Positions 12,167 to 21,280 of a stretch of DNA of 64,000 bases are shown piece by piece. The translations under genes were made by a program, and so were the position numbers. A model generated the notes under the pieces. That model was not told the DNA's origin. It did no database searches and was given only the letters and a program-made list of their open reading frames with translations. Positions within the stretch are counted from its first letter, which is position 1, and every line of letters begins with the position of its first letter. Origin of the DNA: Nitrospirota bacterium (GTDB lineage Bacteria > Nitrospirota > Nitrospiria > Nitrospirales > NS-4); the NCBI GenBank assembly GCA_963788195.1, contig CAWBGA010000017.1, positions 608,001 to 672,000 on the forward strand. The letters run 5' to 3'.

Positions 12167-12298
12167 ACCGCGACACACCAAGGATCTTGGCACTGAAAAG
12201 CCGGGATGGGGAGGATTCAATGGTAGTCCTCTAAATTCACCGCAGGGCATATCCTTCCTCAAACCGAAACGTAATGCGCCAGTTTGCCCTCACCGTTA
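12167..12298 (-). pseudogene. Deleted relic of a higB-higA junction
   Basis: Aligns to 16170-16384 with two internal deletions. Confidence 0.8.
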
Positions 12299-13477
12299 TT
12301 CGCCCGGGTGTTGGTCAATGATGTCCATAATCGGGGTCGCAAGATAGAGTCTTCCCCACTCGCGGCCTGTGATCTCCTTGAGAAGACCTTTTTGCTGAAG
12401 CAGCATGACAGTCTGGCGGGCAGTCGGGTTTGACACGTGTAAAACCTTCTGCGCTCGCGCTATTGAGATGTAGGGATTTAGGAATAATTCGTCAAGGAGC
12501 GTCAACGCGTTCGGCTTATTGCGCAGGCGAGCTCGAAACTTCTCGCGCAAATCCATTAACCTGCTGGCATGACCGACGGCCTGGGTCGAAATCTCAGTCA
12601 CGCCCGTGAGGAAAAACCGGAGCCAGCTTAACCAGTCTCCGTGCGTCCGCACGCGTTGTAGGCGCTCATAATACGCCTGCCGATGGGCTTCAATATAGGA
12701 TGACAAGTATAAGAGCGGTTGTGAGAGTCGCCCGCGCTCAACGAGGAACAACGTGATCAGCAAGCGACCGATGCGTCCATTGCCATCAAGAAAGGGATGA
12801 ATCGCCTCGAACTGCTCATGCATGATGGCACACTGAATCAGATCCGGAAAAACTTGACGATGATGGAGGAAGCGTTCCCAGTCTGCGAGAGTTTCATCGA
12901 GATATTCGGGCGGAGGCGGCACATATCGCGCGGTTGCCGGAGTGCTCCCCGACGGACCAATCCAGTTCTGACTGCGCCGAAACTCCCCGGGAGTGGCGCG
13001 CTCACCACGAACGCCTGTCATGAGTCGCGCATGGATTTCACGGACCAGGCGAAGAGACAGGGGGAGCTTTTTAAAACGTCCGAGACCGTACTCCAGGGCA
13101 TCAACGTAATTACGCACTTCTCGCACGTCGTGCTGTGCTGGGCCCACGACCGGCACGTTGACCTCATCGCGCAATACATCCGAAAGGCTTGCCTTTGTGC
13201 CTTCAATGCGCGAGGAGAGAACCGCCTCACGCCGGACATAGGGAGCAATCAGAAGGTGAGGATTGGGGAGATACCGGCCCAGGCCGGAGAGCTCGCTGAG
13301 AGCGGCATCCGCGCGAGACAGGGACACGACCAAACGATTGTCGTACTGGAACTTAGGAGGCAATGGCGCCGGAACGAACGCGACATAGCCGTGAGTTTTT
13401 ATAAGTCGACCAGTATCAGACGCGTGAAAGTCCTTGGGGTTCATGGACGGGGCCCTGAATTTAAAGCCTGCTTTCAA
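12296..13477 (-). CDS. Fic-family protein with N-terminal extension and C-terminal HTH (start may be 13444)
   Basis: EAVLSSRIEG and HPFLDGNGRIGR motifs. Confidence 0.9.
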   Translation of the reverse strand: MKAGFKFRAPSMNPKDFHASDTGRLIKTHGYVAFVPAPLPPKFQYDNRLVVSLSRADAALSELSGLGRYLPNPHLLIAPYVRREAVLSSRIEGTKASLSDVLRDEVNVPVVGPAQHDVREVRNYVDALEYGLGRFKKLPLSLRLVREIHARLMTGVRGERATPGEFRRSQNWIGPSGSTPATARYVPPPPEYLDETLADWERFLHHRQVFPDLIQCAIMHEQFEAIHPFLDGNGRIGRLLITLFLVERGRLSQPLLYLSSYIEAHRQAYYERLQRVRTHGDWLSWLRFFLTGVTEISTQAVGHASRLMDLREKFRARLRNKPNALTLLDELFLNPYISIARAQKVLHVSNPTARQTVMLLQQKGLLKEITGREWGRLYLATPIMDIIDQHPGE

Positions 13478-13580
13478 AGTCCATTATACTTTGAAAGAAA
13501 GTGGTTTGATTCTTTCAAAGCCCAGCGGCCTTTGCAAGGCCTATTTCAAAGCGGTCGATGACATGAGGCGAGGAAATTCT

Positions 13581-13668
13581 GATCCTTTCGTCGAACCTCA
13601 GGATGACAGGTCAAAGCCCGTGTCACCCTGGTCAAAGCCCGTGTCACCCTGAGCGAAGCGAAGGGTCT
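13581..13668. repeat. Inverted pair of repeat A copies with a 21-bp tandem duplication
   Basis: GATCCTTTCGTCGAACCTCAGGATGACA; GGTCAAAGCCCGTGTCACCCT x2; TGTCACCCTGAGCGAAGCGAAGGGTCT (13642-13668). Confidence 0.85.
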
Positions 13669-13676
13669 AATCGTTT

Positions 13677-13988
13677 GTGGCTGAAGAATATTTTGTTTAC
13701 GTCATGACGAACAGGTCAAGGACGCTATATATCGGAATTACACGTGACCTCATGCGCCGAGTCTATGAACACCAGACACATGCAATTACAGGATTCACGT
13801 CAAAATACAAAATCCGGTCAGTGGTGTATTACGAAATTACGACCGATGTTCGGGAAGCTATAAAGCGTGAAAAGCAACTGAAAGGATGGCTACGTGTTAA
13901 GAAGATCGCTCTCATAGAGTCAATCAATCCTGCGTGGAAGGATCTCAGTGAGGAGTGGCAATCAGATCCTTCGCGCAGGTTATCCTGA
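13677..13988 (+). CDS. Small stand-alone GIY-YIG nuclease
   Basis: YFVYVMTN..RTLYIGIT.DL.RRVYEH..GFTSKY..AIKREKQLKGW.R.KK..LIE..NP.WKDL. Confidence 0.9.
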   Translation: MAEEYFVYVMTNRSRTLYIGITRDLMRRVYEHQTHAITGFTSKYKIRSVVYYEITTDVREAIKREKQLKGWLRVKKIALIESINPAWKDLSEEWQSDPSRRLS

Positions 13989-14022
13989 ACCAATCACTAG
14001 ATCCTTCGCTGCCCGCTCCAGG
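13964..14022 (+). repeat. Repeat A left portions downstream of GIY-YIG gene
   Basis: AGATCCTTCGCGCAGGTTATCCTGA and AGATCCTTCGCTGCCCGCTCCAGG. Confidence 0.7.
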
Positions 14023-14519
14023 CCACATGGGCATCGATGCTTTTGCGCACCCGTTTCGGCGCCCTAGTGCGGCGCTGCTTCTCGGCAATGAGCATCTCGA
14101 GCAGTTGCCGGCGCCGCGTCAGCAATGCGGCCAATTCCTGCGTGCTCGCCTCTGGCAAAGGGCGGGGCGTCGGCCGTACCCGCTCGGCAAACTCGGCCAG
14201 AATCCCGGCATCCAGCCGATCGGTCTTGGCGAACCGGCCCATGGCTTTGGCAAAGTCGCGCACCTGCCGTGGATTGACGACGACCACCGGGAGCACTGCG
14301 GCGGCCAGCGCGCTCGCCAGACACATTTCCAAGCCGCCGGTGGCTTCGAGCACGACCAGCTGAGGCTGGCTCTGCTGCACGCGTTCCACCAGAGCGGTGA
14401 TGCCGCTGTCACTATGGACCATGCGACATTGTTCCCCGTCGGCCGCACGGCCACATCCAGATGCCCTTGCGAAACATCGATCCCAATAAACACAGGGACA
14501 GCACTCATGGTGCACCTCC
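14018..14519 (-). pseudogene. Truncated second IS110 copy (5' half of transposase only)
   Basis: Near-identical to ~6476-6977; includes AKTDRLDA; lacks C-terminal half and non-coding end. Confidence 0.85.
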
Positions 14520-14520
14520 A

Positions 14521-14588
14521 CAGGCGAAGGGGCTCAGGATGACAGGCGAAGGGGCTCAGGATGACAAGCGAAGGGGCTCAGGATAACA
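14521..14588 (+). repeat. Three tandem 22-bp right halves of repeat A
   Basis: (CARGCGAAGGGGCTCAGGATRA) x3. Confidence 0.85.
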
Positions 14589-14664
14589 TGGCGGTGCTCA
14601 TGACTGGCGTGCCCAGACAAGAAGCTGCGAAATTCTGCAACTATCGTTGTCCATGATATCTCGC

Positions 14665-14985
14665 TCAGCCCGCCTTGGCCGTCACATGCAACTTCATTCG
14701 CGTTTTCTTTTGCAGGGCGCTCACGATGCTGAAAAAATTCTCGGTGCTCGGGTTGCCGCGCGGGGCCAACATCCGGTGCAAACTCTTGCTCGGCTTCTTG
14801 ATTTCCGCGGCCAACTCCTCGAAGCCAAGCGTGGCGTTGACGAGGTCGCGCAGCATGGCCTTGCCTGCGGCCGTGTCGCCTCCAAGATAGGCGTTGATTG
14901 CCTCCGTAAAGAGCGCCTCGCGAAAACGCGGGTCACGCTGCACCCGCGCCGCCACCGTGTCCTTGAAATCCCGTGTGAGTGCCAC
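14665..14985 (-). CDS. Addiction-module antitoxin, HTH (HI1420-like)
   Basis: LTRDFKDTV...KSLHRML.PRGNPSTENFF. Confidence 0.75.
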   Translation of the reverse strand: MALTRDFKDTVAARVQRDPRFREALFTEAINAYLGGDTAAGKAMLRDLVNATLGFEELAAEIKKPSKSLHRMLAPRGNPSTENFFSIVSALQKKTRMKLHVTAKAG

Positions 14986-15002
14986 CCGACTCCCTTCTGT
15001 GA

Positions 15003-15332
15003 TCACGTACTCTTGCGACGACGATAGGCCGTCCAGCGCTCTTTCGCCGTCTCGATCGCGTGTTGCTGGCGCTGCTTGGTGCTCCCGCCGAGCAAAATGA
15101 CCACGCTGTCACCATCTTCTGCGAAATAGATTCGGTAGCCGGGACCGAAGTCGATTTTTCGCTCGAACACGCCTGAGCCGACGCCCTTCACATTCGAACG
15201 GTTGCCTGCGGCCAGTTGGTACACAGCCGCTGCGACCTTCGCCGCCGCCGGCGCGTTGAGGCTATCGAACCAGGTGCCATACGGGGAACGGCCCTCAGCA
15301 TCGACATATTCGAGAACGCGAACCGCCGCCAT
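15003..15332 (-). CDS. RelE/ParE-family addiction-module toxin (HI1419-like)
   Basis: KGVGSGVFERKIDFGPGYRIYF...ILLGGSTK..QQ..I. Confidence 0.85.
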   Translation of the reverse strand: MAAVRVLEYVDAEGRSPYGTWFDSLNAPAAAKVAAAVYQLAAGNRSNVKGVGSGVFERKIDFGPGYRIYFAEDGDSVVILLGGSTKQRQQHAIETAKERWTAYRRRKST

Positions 15333-15337
15333 AAGCT

Positions 15338-15359
15338 ATGGTAACTCCAATGTTACCAT
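15338..15359. promoter_or_regulatory. Palindromic operator of TA pair
   Basis: ATGGTAAC-TCCAAT-GTTACCAT immediately upstream of toxin start. Confidence 0.6.
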
Positions 15360-15805
15360 TCATGCGACAGAGATGCAATGTCCATCACCCCCTGGAGAAT
15401 GGTCACGATGGTGGTTAACGCGCGGCGGCTGCTTAGCACGTTGGCTGCCATGATCGCGCCGTGCTCGGTGAACGCGTAAGGAAGAAACCGAGGGTTGCGG
15501 TGCTTCTGAGAACCGGTCGCAATTTGCGACCGGTTCAGATAATCCGCATGAGAATCAAGGCGTTGCCGGCTTGATGTCGCAAATTGCGATTTCAAGTTGG
15601 CGAACTCAGCGCCCGTCAGTTGGAACGCGAAATCATCGGGGAACCGTTTCCGATTGCGCTTAACCTGTTCGTTGAGTCTCTTGGTGGGGACACCATAAAT
15701 GCGAGCCCAATCACCATCCAGTAGAACCTTCTGACCTCGGATGAAAAAGATGGCTTGCTCGATCTGATCAGTTGGTATGAGGTCCTTCATCACCCGCTTA
15801 GACAC
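15353..15805 (-). pseudogene. ORF6N-domain protein, C-terminally deleted paralog
   Basis: IRGQKVLLD..TKRLNEQVKRN..RFP.DF.FQL..PYAFTEHGAIMAANVL; C-terminus collapsed relative to 17455-18021. Confidence 0.7.
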
Positions 15806-15886
15806 GGGCCCCCGATGAACGTTACCTTTGTAGAGTCAGGCGGGTGGCACGTAGCAGGGTCCTGCCGAAGAAAGAAATGGAGTGAT

Positions 15887-15934
15887 AGACCCTTCGCTAC
15901 GCTCAGGGTGACAAGGGGCAAGATGAGGGTGACA
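15887..15934 (+). repeat. Repeat A copy plus trailing half-site
   Basis: AGACCCTTCGCTACGCTCAGGGTGACA ... GAGGGTGACA. Confidence 0.85.
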
Positions 15935-15984
15935 GGGGAATGGGAGCTCAGTCGCGAGACTTGGATTCATAATGGCTGTGAGGT

Positions 15985-16305
15985 CTAGGCGTGGGCTGCA
16001 ACAAAGACCTTCACGTGGATTCTTTTGGACCGCTCTTCCACCTGAGACGCATCATACTGAAATTGTAGCCGCATCCATCCTTCCGACGTAGCACCAAAGG
16101 CCTTGGCCAGACGAATAGCCATATCCCAAGACAGATCGGCGTTCTCATTCACCAGATTACTCAGTGCAGACCGCGACACACCAAGAATCTTGGCGCCTTC
16201 TGTCACGCTCAACCCATGCGGCTTCAGACAGTCCACACGCACTGAAAAGCCCGGATGGGGAGGATTCTTCATTTTCAAAGCCTTCATTGCATCCTCCAAC
16301 GTCAA
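15985..16305 (-). CDS. higA: HigA antitoxin
   Basis: MKNPPHPG...LSVTEGAKILGVSR..LS.LVN...MAIRLAKAFG. Confidence 0.9.
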   Translation of the reverse strand: MTLEDAMKALKMKNPPHPGFSVRVDCLKPHGLSVTEGAKILGVSRSALSNLVNENADLSWDMAIRLAKAFGATSEGWMRLQFQYDASQVEERSKRIHVKVFVAAHA

Positions 16306-16580
16306 TGGTAGTCCTCTAAATCCACCGCAAGGGCATATCCCTCTTCAAATCGAAACGTAATGCGCCAGTTTGCTCTCACCGTTACGCCCCACTCCCCTTT
16401 CCGACTTCCTTTCAAGGGGTGAAGTCTGTAGGAATGGACGTTCATATCGTCAATCACCTCCGCTTGATGCAACCGTGCGAGAATTGACCTAATCCGATCC
16501 ACCATGTCGGGCGGCAGCTTCCGGGGATCATCCTCCTCAAAAAATCTTTTCAGTCCGCGATGCCTGAAGCTCGCTATCAC
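16302..16580 (-). CDS. higB: HigB (plasmid-maintenance killer) toxin
   Basis: MIASFRHRGLKRFF...LHPLKG...VRANWRITFRF...DLEDYH. Confidence 0.9.
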   Translation of the reverse strand: MIASFRHRGLKRFFEEDDPRKLPPDMVDRIRSILARLHQAEVIDDMNVHSYRLHPLKGSRKGEWGVTVRANWRITFRFEEGYALAVDLEDYH

Positions 16581-16697
16581 ATTTTCACTGTAGCGTGTAG
16601 CGCGTCACTTGTCAAATTGCTTTATCCACGCCTTTTTATGGGCCACTTGTGCTCGTACCAGTGCCTCACCTAGCCGGGAAAGGTGGCAAGGGTTGCT

Positions 16698-16746
16698 AGA
16701 TCCTTCGCTTTGCTCAGGATGACCAAGAAAAGACCTCCGGATGACA
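16698..16746 (+). repeat. Repeat A copy plus trailing half-site
   Basis: AGATCCTTCGCTTTGCTCAGGATGAC ... CTCCGGATGACA. Confidence 0.8.
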
Positions 16747-16811
16747 ACGAAGTCGTCTGGATTCAAGAAAAGTCTCGAAACGGCCGATGATGGAGTAAAA
16801 AGGCACTAGAA

Positions 16812-17339
16812 ATGCTTAACGAACGTCATTACGGGCCACCTGCTGTGGTTTGGCGGCCGACGCGATTATCCCAATCTCAACCGCCTACGGCCGTTTCATT
16901 GAAGCCTGTAATATACGGACTTGCTGTTTTTCTTGTCATCTTGGCCGCAGGTTCGTATCTAAAAGCGCAGGCACCCAAACTAAGCATAGTCCTTTTACCT
17001 CAAGCGAATTCCAGTGTACGAGTGAACGTGCCAAAGATCATCGAGTATAAATCTGAATTGCCTGCCCATTCATTACAGAAGTGGCCCCTCCCGATGTCGA
17101 AGCGAGCGACCATCACGTGGCATTTAGAGGCGGCTGCTCCGGTACGCCTACTCGTGTTTCAAACCCCCAATGATGCAGCCAAGTACCTTGCCCATCAGCC
17201 GTACACTACCTACAACTGCTCTGAACAGCACATACGACTGTCAGACAGCATGTGTACGGTCGACCCGCAGGCAATGTTAGCTCTCGAGAACCCTACCGAT
17301 GCCGACGTGAAGATTGCTCTCTCTGTCACATCTCCATAA
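16812..17339 (+). CDS. Hypothetical single-pass membrane protein
   Basis: 175-aa ORF with hydrophobic segment VIYGLAVFLVILAAG; bracketed by repeat A copies. Confidence 0.6.
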   Translation: MLNERHYGPPAVVWRPTRLSQSQPPTAVSLKPVIYGLAVFLVILAAGSYLKAQAPKLSIVLLPQANSSVRVNVPKIIEYKSELPAHSLQKWPLPMSKRATITWHLEAAAPVRLLVFQTPNDAAKYLAHQPYTTYNCSEQHIRLSDSMCTVDPQAMLALENPTDADVKIALSVTSP

Positions 17340-17403
17340 GAAATAATAGGGCGCCGAAGATCCATTGCGCCCAGAGTGTGATCAAGGTGCTAGCGGCAAG
17401 CAA

Positions 17404-17416
17404 GCTCAGGGTGACA
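17404..17416 (+). repeat. Repeat A right half
   Basis: GCTCAGGGTGACA; a similar half CTCAGAGTGACA at 19941-19952. Confidence 0.55.
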
Positions 17417-17454
17417 TGAGCGAGAGAAATCTTGAGCCGCTAGGATGAAGAGGG

Positions 17455-18021
17455 TCAGACCCCGGCGCGGAAGCCGACCCGGTGGCGTTTTGGTGGCGGA
17501 GGGGCCGGCGGGGGATCGAAGATGTCCATCACCCGTTGGAGAATAGTCACAATAGTTGCTTCGTGAATGTCGAGTCGCCCTTTCAGCTCCTTCTCGAGAG
17601 CGGCCAGCTTGCGGGCCAAGTCTCGCGTATCGGTTAAAACGCTCCGCATCTTCACAAAGGCCCTTACGACAAACACGCTCATTTGCACGGCGCGACGGCT
17701 GTTGAGGACATTGGCAGCCATGATGGCGCCATGTTCTGTGAAGGCATAAGGAAAGTACTTGATGTTCTGGCCACGCTCCAAGGTCGCAAATTGCGACCTT
17801 GATCGCCTCCACCTGTCGGTCTCTTCCACAGTGAGTTGAAACATGAAATCTTCGGGGAACCGCTCGCGATTGCGCTTGACCTGTTCGTTGAGTCTCTTGG
17901 TCGTAACCCCGTAAAGCCGAGCAAGGTCCGCGTCCAGCATGACCTTATGGCCTCGGATGACGACGATGGCTCGCTCAATCTGCTCAGTGGCGATGAGGTC
18001 CTGCATCACCCGCTTAGACAC
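17455..18021 (-). CDS. ORF6N-domain DNA-binding protein
   Basis: IRGHKVMLDADLARLYGV.TKRLNEQVKRN..RFPEDFMFQL..PYAFTEHG..VVRAFV..RVGF. Confidence 0.9.
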   Translation of the reverse strand: MSKRVMQDLIATEQIERAIVVIRGHKVMLDADLARLYGVTTKRLNEQVKRNRERFPEDFMFQLTVEETDRWRRSRSQFATLERGQNIKYFPYAFTEHGAIMAANVLNSRRAVQMSVFVVRAFVKMRSVLTDTRDLARKLAALEKELKGRLDIHEATIVTILQRVMDIFDPPPAPPPPKRHRVGFRAGV

Positions 18022-18108
18022 GGGCCCCCTATGAACGTTACCTTTGTAGAGTCAGGGGGTCGTCTGTCGCACTTCGCTGGTTAAGACTCCGTCCCGATGC
18101 AACTGGCT

Positions 18109-18315
18109 CTACAAATCTTTCAGTAATTTTCTTGCCGTCTCGAATTTTGACTTCACGGCCGCAGCTTCTTTGGGATGCTCGCAAGTTATCTTGCCTTGCT
18201 CCCATAACCATACCAATTCCAGAAGCATCAGCCGCAGTTGATCCGCCTTGTACTGGGCTCTGTCACGAGCGGACTCTAAATTGAATCGAATTGCATTCTC
18301 TTGAGTGGTATTCAT
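18109..18315 (-). CDS. Hypothetical protein
   Basis: 68-aa ORF with GAGG RBS. Confidence 0.5.
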   Translation of the reverse strand: MNTTQENAIRFNLESARDRAQYKADQLRLMLLELVWLWEQGKITCEHPKEAAAVKSKFETARKLLKDL

Positions 18316-18342
18316 CGCATCCTCTCTAGGTGTATCGCGCCA

Positions 18343-18663
18343 TCAATCCTCTGCCCCTTGTACATCCAACCAACGGGCTCCGTGGTGAACAGCCAAGATC
18401 TGTACGGTCTGCGTTGGTTTCAAAAAGCGATAGATGATCCGATAATCACCAATCAGAACTTCCCTCAAGCCGCTTGACGGAAATTCCGGGACGACACGCC
18501 CCGACTCCGGGAACATCCGAAGCCGGCCGACTTTGGCTTTGATGTTGTCAGCGAATGCACGAGCCGCGGATGGATTATCGGCCATAATGTAATGAGTGAT
18601 CTCGAGGAGGCCATCAAGCGCGGGGCGGGTCCAAACGAGCGACGCCCGTCTCGGCTTAGGCAT
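18343..18663 (-). CDS. RelE/ParE toxin
   Basis: FPESGRVVPE...REVLIGDYRIIYR...ILAVHHGAR. Confidence 0.85.
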   Translation of the reverse strand: MPKPRRASLVWTRPALDGLLEITHYIMADNPSAARAFADNIKAKVGRLRMFPESGRVVPEFPSSGLREVLIGDYRIIYRFLKPTQTVQILAVHHGARWLDVQGAED

Positions 18664-18937
18664 TCAGCAGCTTATCCAACTCCGCCATTGCCCGCGTGTG
18701 GGAGACCACGGCGCCCTTCTCTGCGGCGCGAACGCCCTCGAGCACCGCTTCCAGAAGCTCGACCCGCTCGGTCCTGCGCTCATACACCTGGATGTCTTCA
18801 AGCACAGCCGCCGAGCGTCCACGCTGGGTAAGGATTACGGGACGTTTTGTCTTTTGGACCTTGGCAACAATCTCAGCCGTGTGGACCCTAAAGTCACTGA
18901 TCGGCGTGAGATCCTCGGACAACCTAATACGCGCCAT
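18656..18937 (-). CDS. Phd/YefM antitoxin
   Basis: EDLTPISDFR...RPVILTQRGRSAAVL. Confidence 0.85.
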   Translation of the reverse strand: MARIRLSEDLTPISDFRVHTAEIVAKVQKTKRPVILTQRGRSAAVLEDIQVYERRTERVELLEAVLEGVRAAEKGAVVSHTRAMAELDKLLNA

Positions 18938-19129
18938 AGACCGGACCTCACAGTACAGTTAAAAGTACGTTTAGTGTACCTCTTATTAGTGCTTCTGTCA
19001 ATACGCCTATCCAAATGCCCTCAGCGAGGATCAGGCCGTGATGCGACGGCTGCAGAATCGAGGCCCTCACCCTGCGCTCTTCCTCGGAATGGGGCGATGG
19101 TACGTTGGATCTTCGATTTGCTCAAAGGC

Positions 19130-19555
19130 TTAGACGGGGAATTCCGACAGCAGCGCGATGGCTCCTTTCTTCCTGGCCTTCTGATAGTAGCGCCGATCGG
19201 CCGTCACCAATGTGATGTCACGCTGTGTGAGCGCGACGGCGTGATACAGCGTGTCGAACACATGGTGGTCGAGCTCGACCGCCAGCGCACATGCCTGGCG
19301 GTAGATGTCGAGCGTGTTTGTGACGGGGACCTCCATGGCATAGAGAAAGGTTGTGGCCGCCGTGGCGATGTCCGGTTTGAGACGAACGCAGACCGCGGCT
19401 ACCTCTGCCAGCCAGTGAACAGGCTGCACCAAGCTGATGCGGCCGTCCCGAAACCTCTCGCACAAGGCAAGGGCCTGAGAGGTGCCCGGCTCGCTCTCCT
19501 CGTCCTGCAGGATCCACTTCACCAGGACGCTCGCGTCCAGTACGAGGCGGCTCAC
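19130..19555 (-). CDS. VapC/PIN toxin
   Basis: LVLDASVLVKW...FDTLYHAVA...LVTADRR. Confidence 0.85.
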   Translation of the reverse strand: MSRLVLDASVLVKWILQDEESEPGTSQALALCERFRDGRISLVQPVHWLAEVAAVCVRLKPDIATAATTFLYAMEVPVTNTLDIYRQACALAVELDHHVFDTLYHAVALTQRDITLVTADRRYYQKARKKGAIALLSEFPV

Positions 19556-19785
19556 GGGCGCCCGTACTCCCGCGCGGCGCGGATTTCCGCGTCACTAAAG
19601 CCGAATGTCTTGTTCCGCAACTTCAACAGCCCCTCAATCGCCTTCACCCGGCGCTTCTTTACCTGTTGTTCCTCCACCGCCCGCATCATTAAGCCCGCGA
19701 CGATCTGACTCTTATTCTTGCCGGCAAACGCCTTGTTGAACTTCTGCTTGATCTCTTCCGGCACACTGAAATTGACCGTTGCCAT
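19552..19785 (-). CDS. RHH-type antitoxin
   Basis: MATVNFSVPEEIK; 4-bp overlap with PIN gene; palindrome CATTGTTGAAA-G-TTTCAACAATG at 19796-19818. Confidence 0.75.
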   Translation of the reverse strand: MATVNFSVPEEIKQKFNKAFAGKNKSQIVAGLMMRAVEEQQVKKRRVKAIEGLLKLRNKTFGFSDAEIRAAREYGRP

Positions 19786-19980
19786 GGAACCTCCGCATTG
19801 TTGAAAGTTTCAACAATGCTATTGTCGGCCGGCGTGCCGGCAAAGTCAATGCACAAGCCACTCCGGCTCGGATCGCCCGCTCGTTCCCTTTTGACACCGG
19901 CGCAAGCGTCAAAGTTACCTTAGATGACATGGGAAGGTAACTCAGAGTGACAGGGGATATGCGGAGATGAGCAGACGAGG

Positions 19981-20409
19981 TCAGACGCTCAACTGGAAGG
20001 GATTCGCAATCCGCAGGCCTCCATAGACAGCGCCATCCTGAAAATCTTCGGAGTAGAGGAGAGTCGCTCCGGCGGCGAGCGCTGCTTCCAGAATCAGCGC
20101 ATCCCAAAAGGAGACCTTCGCCTTTCGGCTGCGCTGAATGGCCAACAGAATCAGTGGAGGATCAATCTGGATCACGGGGAATGCGGCGAGATCTTGAACT
20201 GCCTGGAATGCCGCCTCCGGATCAAGAGGGGTCGCCAGCTTCCGTGTCACTGACACGTAGAACTCTTGCAGGACCTGCGTGCTCAGAATCAGCCGTGCCC
20301 GCAAATCCCGGTTTGACAGGAGATTCTGCACGATGCGTTGCTTAGCAGGATCATCCGCGTCAAACAGATAGACCAACACATTCGTGTCCACGAAGACACG
20401 CTCCTTCAT
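19981..20409 (-). CDS. PIN-domain toxin
   Basis: FVDTNVLVY..STQVLQEF..SFWDALI..LYSEDFQ. Confidence 0.85.
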   Translation of the reverse strand: MKERVFVDTNVLVYLFDADDPAKQRIVQNLLSNRDLRARLILSTQVLQEFYVSVTRKLATPLDPEAAFQAVQDLAAFPVIQIDPPLILLAIQRSRKAKVSFWDALILEAALAAGATLLYSEDFQDGAVYGGLRIANPFQLSV

Positions 20410-20636
20410 CGCTCGTGAAGGTCTTCGCGGGTCCACCGGCGCTTGCCCCGCCTGGCCTTGGCGCGGTTGGAGAGCCGAAGCAAGTCATTGATTGCCTTAT
20501 CCCTTTGAGCCTTCATCCCGGCATAGTCAGCCAGATAATCACGCACGACCGCGTTCACGGACGTCCCTTCTTCGAGGGCCCGTATGCGCGCGCGCTTCAG
20601 AGTATCGCTTTCGATGACAAGGGTTAAATTCGCCAT
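20406..20636 (-). CDS. DUF6364-like antitoxin
   Basis: MANLTLVI...RARIRA...TSVNAVVRDYL...WTREDLHER. Confidence 0.75.
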   Translation of the reverse strand: MANLTLVIESDTLKRARIRALEEGTSVNAVVRDYLADYAGMKAQRDKAINDLLRLSNRAKARRGKRRWTREDLHER

Positions 20637-20728
20637 GCCGAACGCCTCCTGTTACACGGGATCAGTGTAGCACAGGAAGTCTGCCAAGGAAAAGTCTCTC
20701 CAAATGTGACGAGGTGCTAGGCGCGGCT

Positions 20729-21142
20729 TCACTCCAAGCTTTTCAGGAGGGCCTTCGGCAACGGACCGTCGAAGTCGCGGCAGATCTTCAATTTCCCGCG
20801 AGCGCTTCCTGGAGATCGACGCGACAGGTGGTCGCTGCGAATCGCCTTGGCGAGATCCGCGGCGCTCGTTCCGGGCACAAGCAAGGAACTGACCAGTAGA
20901 TCCATTGAGACGGACGGATCGCCGGCTTCCATTTTGGCGACTCGGGACTGGCTGGAGCGCAGACGCTTGGCCAGCTCGACTTGAGACACCCTCCGCCCTT
21001 GTCGGCGCTCGCGCAGGCTGCGGCTCAAACGCAACTTCATCTCGATGAGCGCCGCATCGGCATCTGATAGACGTAGAAAATCCTGCACCGATCCAATGGC
21101 CCATCCGGCCGCTCTGAGTTTCTCGCGCTTGCTCTTTTTCAT
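20729..21142 (-). CDS. XRE-HTH antitoxin with acquired Phd-type C-tail
   Basis: SQVELAKRLRSSQSRVAKMEAGDPSVSMDLL; last ~32 aa match 10198-10298. Confidence 0.75.
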   Translation of the reverse strand: MKKSKREKLRAAGWAIGSVQDFLRLSDADAALIEMKLRLSRSLRERRQGRRVSQVELAKRLRSSQSRVAKMEAGDPSVSMDLLVSSLLVPGTSAADLAKAIRSDHLSRRSPGSARGKLKICRDFDGPLPKALLKSLE

Positions 21143-21255
21143 TCTTCAACCTCTCGTTCGGCTGTCAGGCGGTCGTAGTTGCGCAGGCGGCGTTTGCAAG
21201 CTTCGATGATCATCTTGGGGGTCCGTCTCGGTCTACTGCTGAAAGCCTCCATGAT
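21139..21255 (-). pseudogene. C-terminal remnant of Gp49/RelE-like toxin
   Basis: EAFSSRPRRTPKMIIEACKRRLRNYD, stop overlapping the HTH start. Confidence 0.55.
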
Positions 21256-21280
21256 CTCTGGGGATCCGGTGTTGCGAGGG

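Noticed and set aside
14521..14588. Mini-CRISPR
   Set aside because: Tandem halves of repeat A with no spacers.
18596..19708. 370-aa plus-strand ORF and similar long antisense ORFs across the window
   Set aside because: Shadow frames of recognisable opposite-strand genes in GC-rich DNA.
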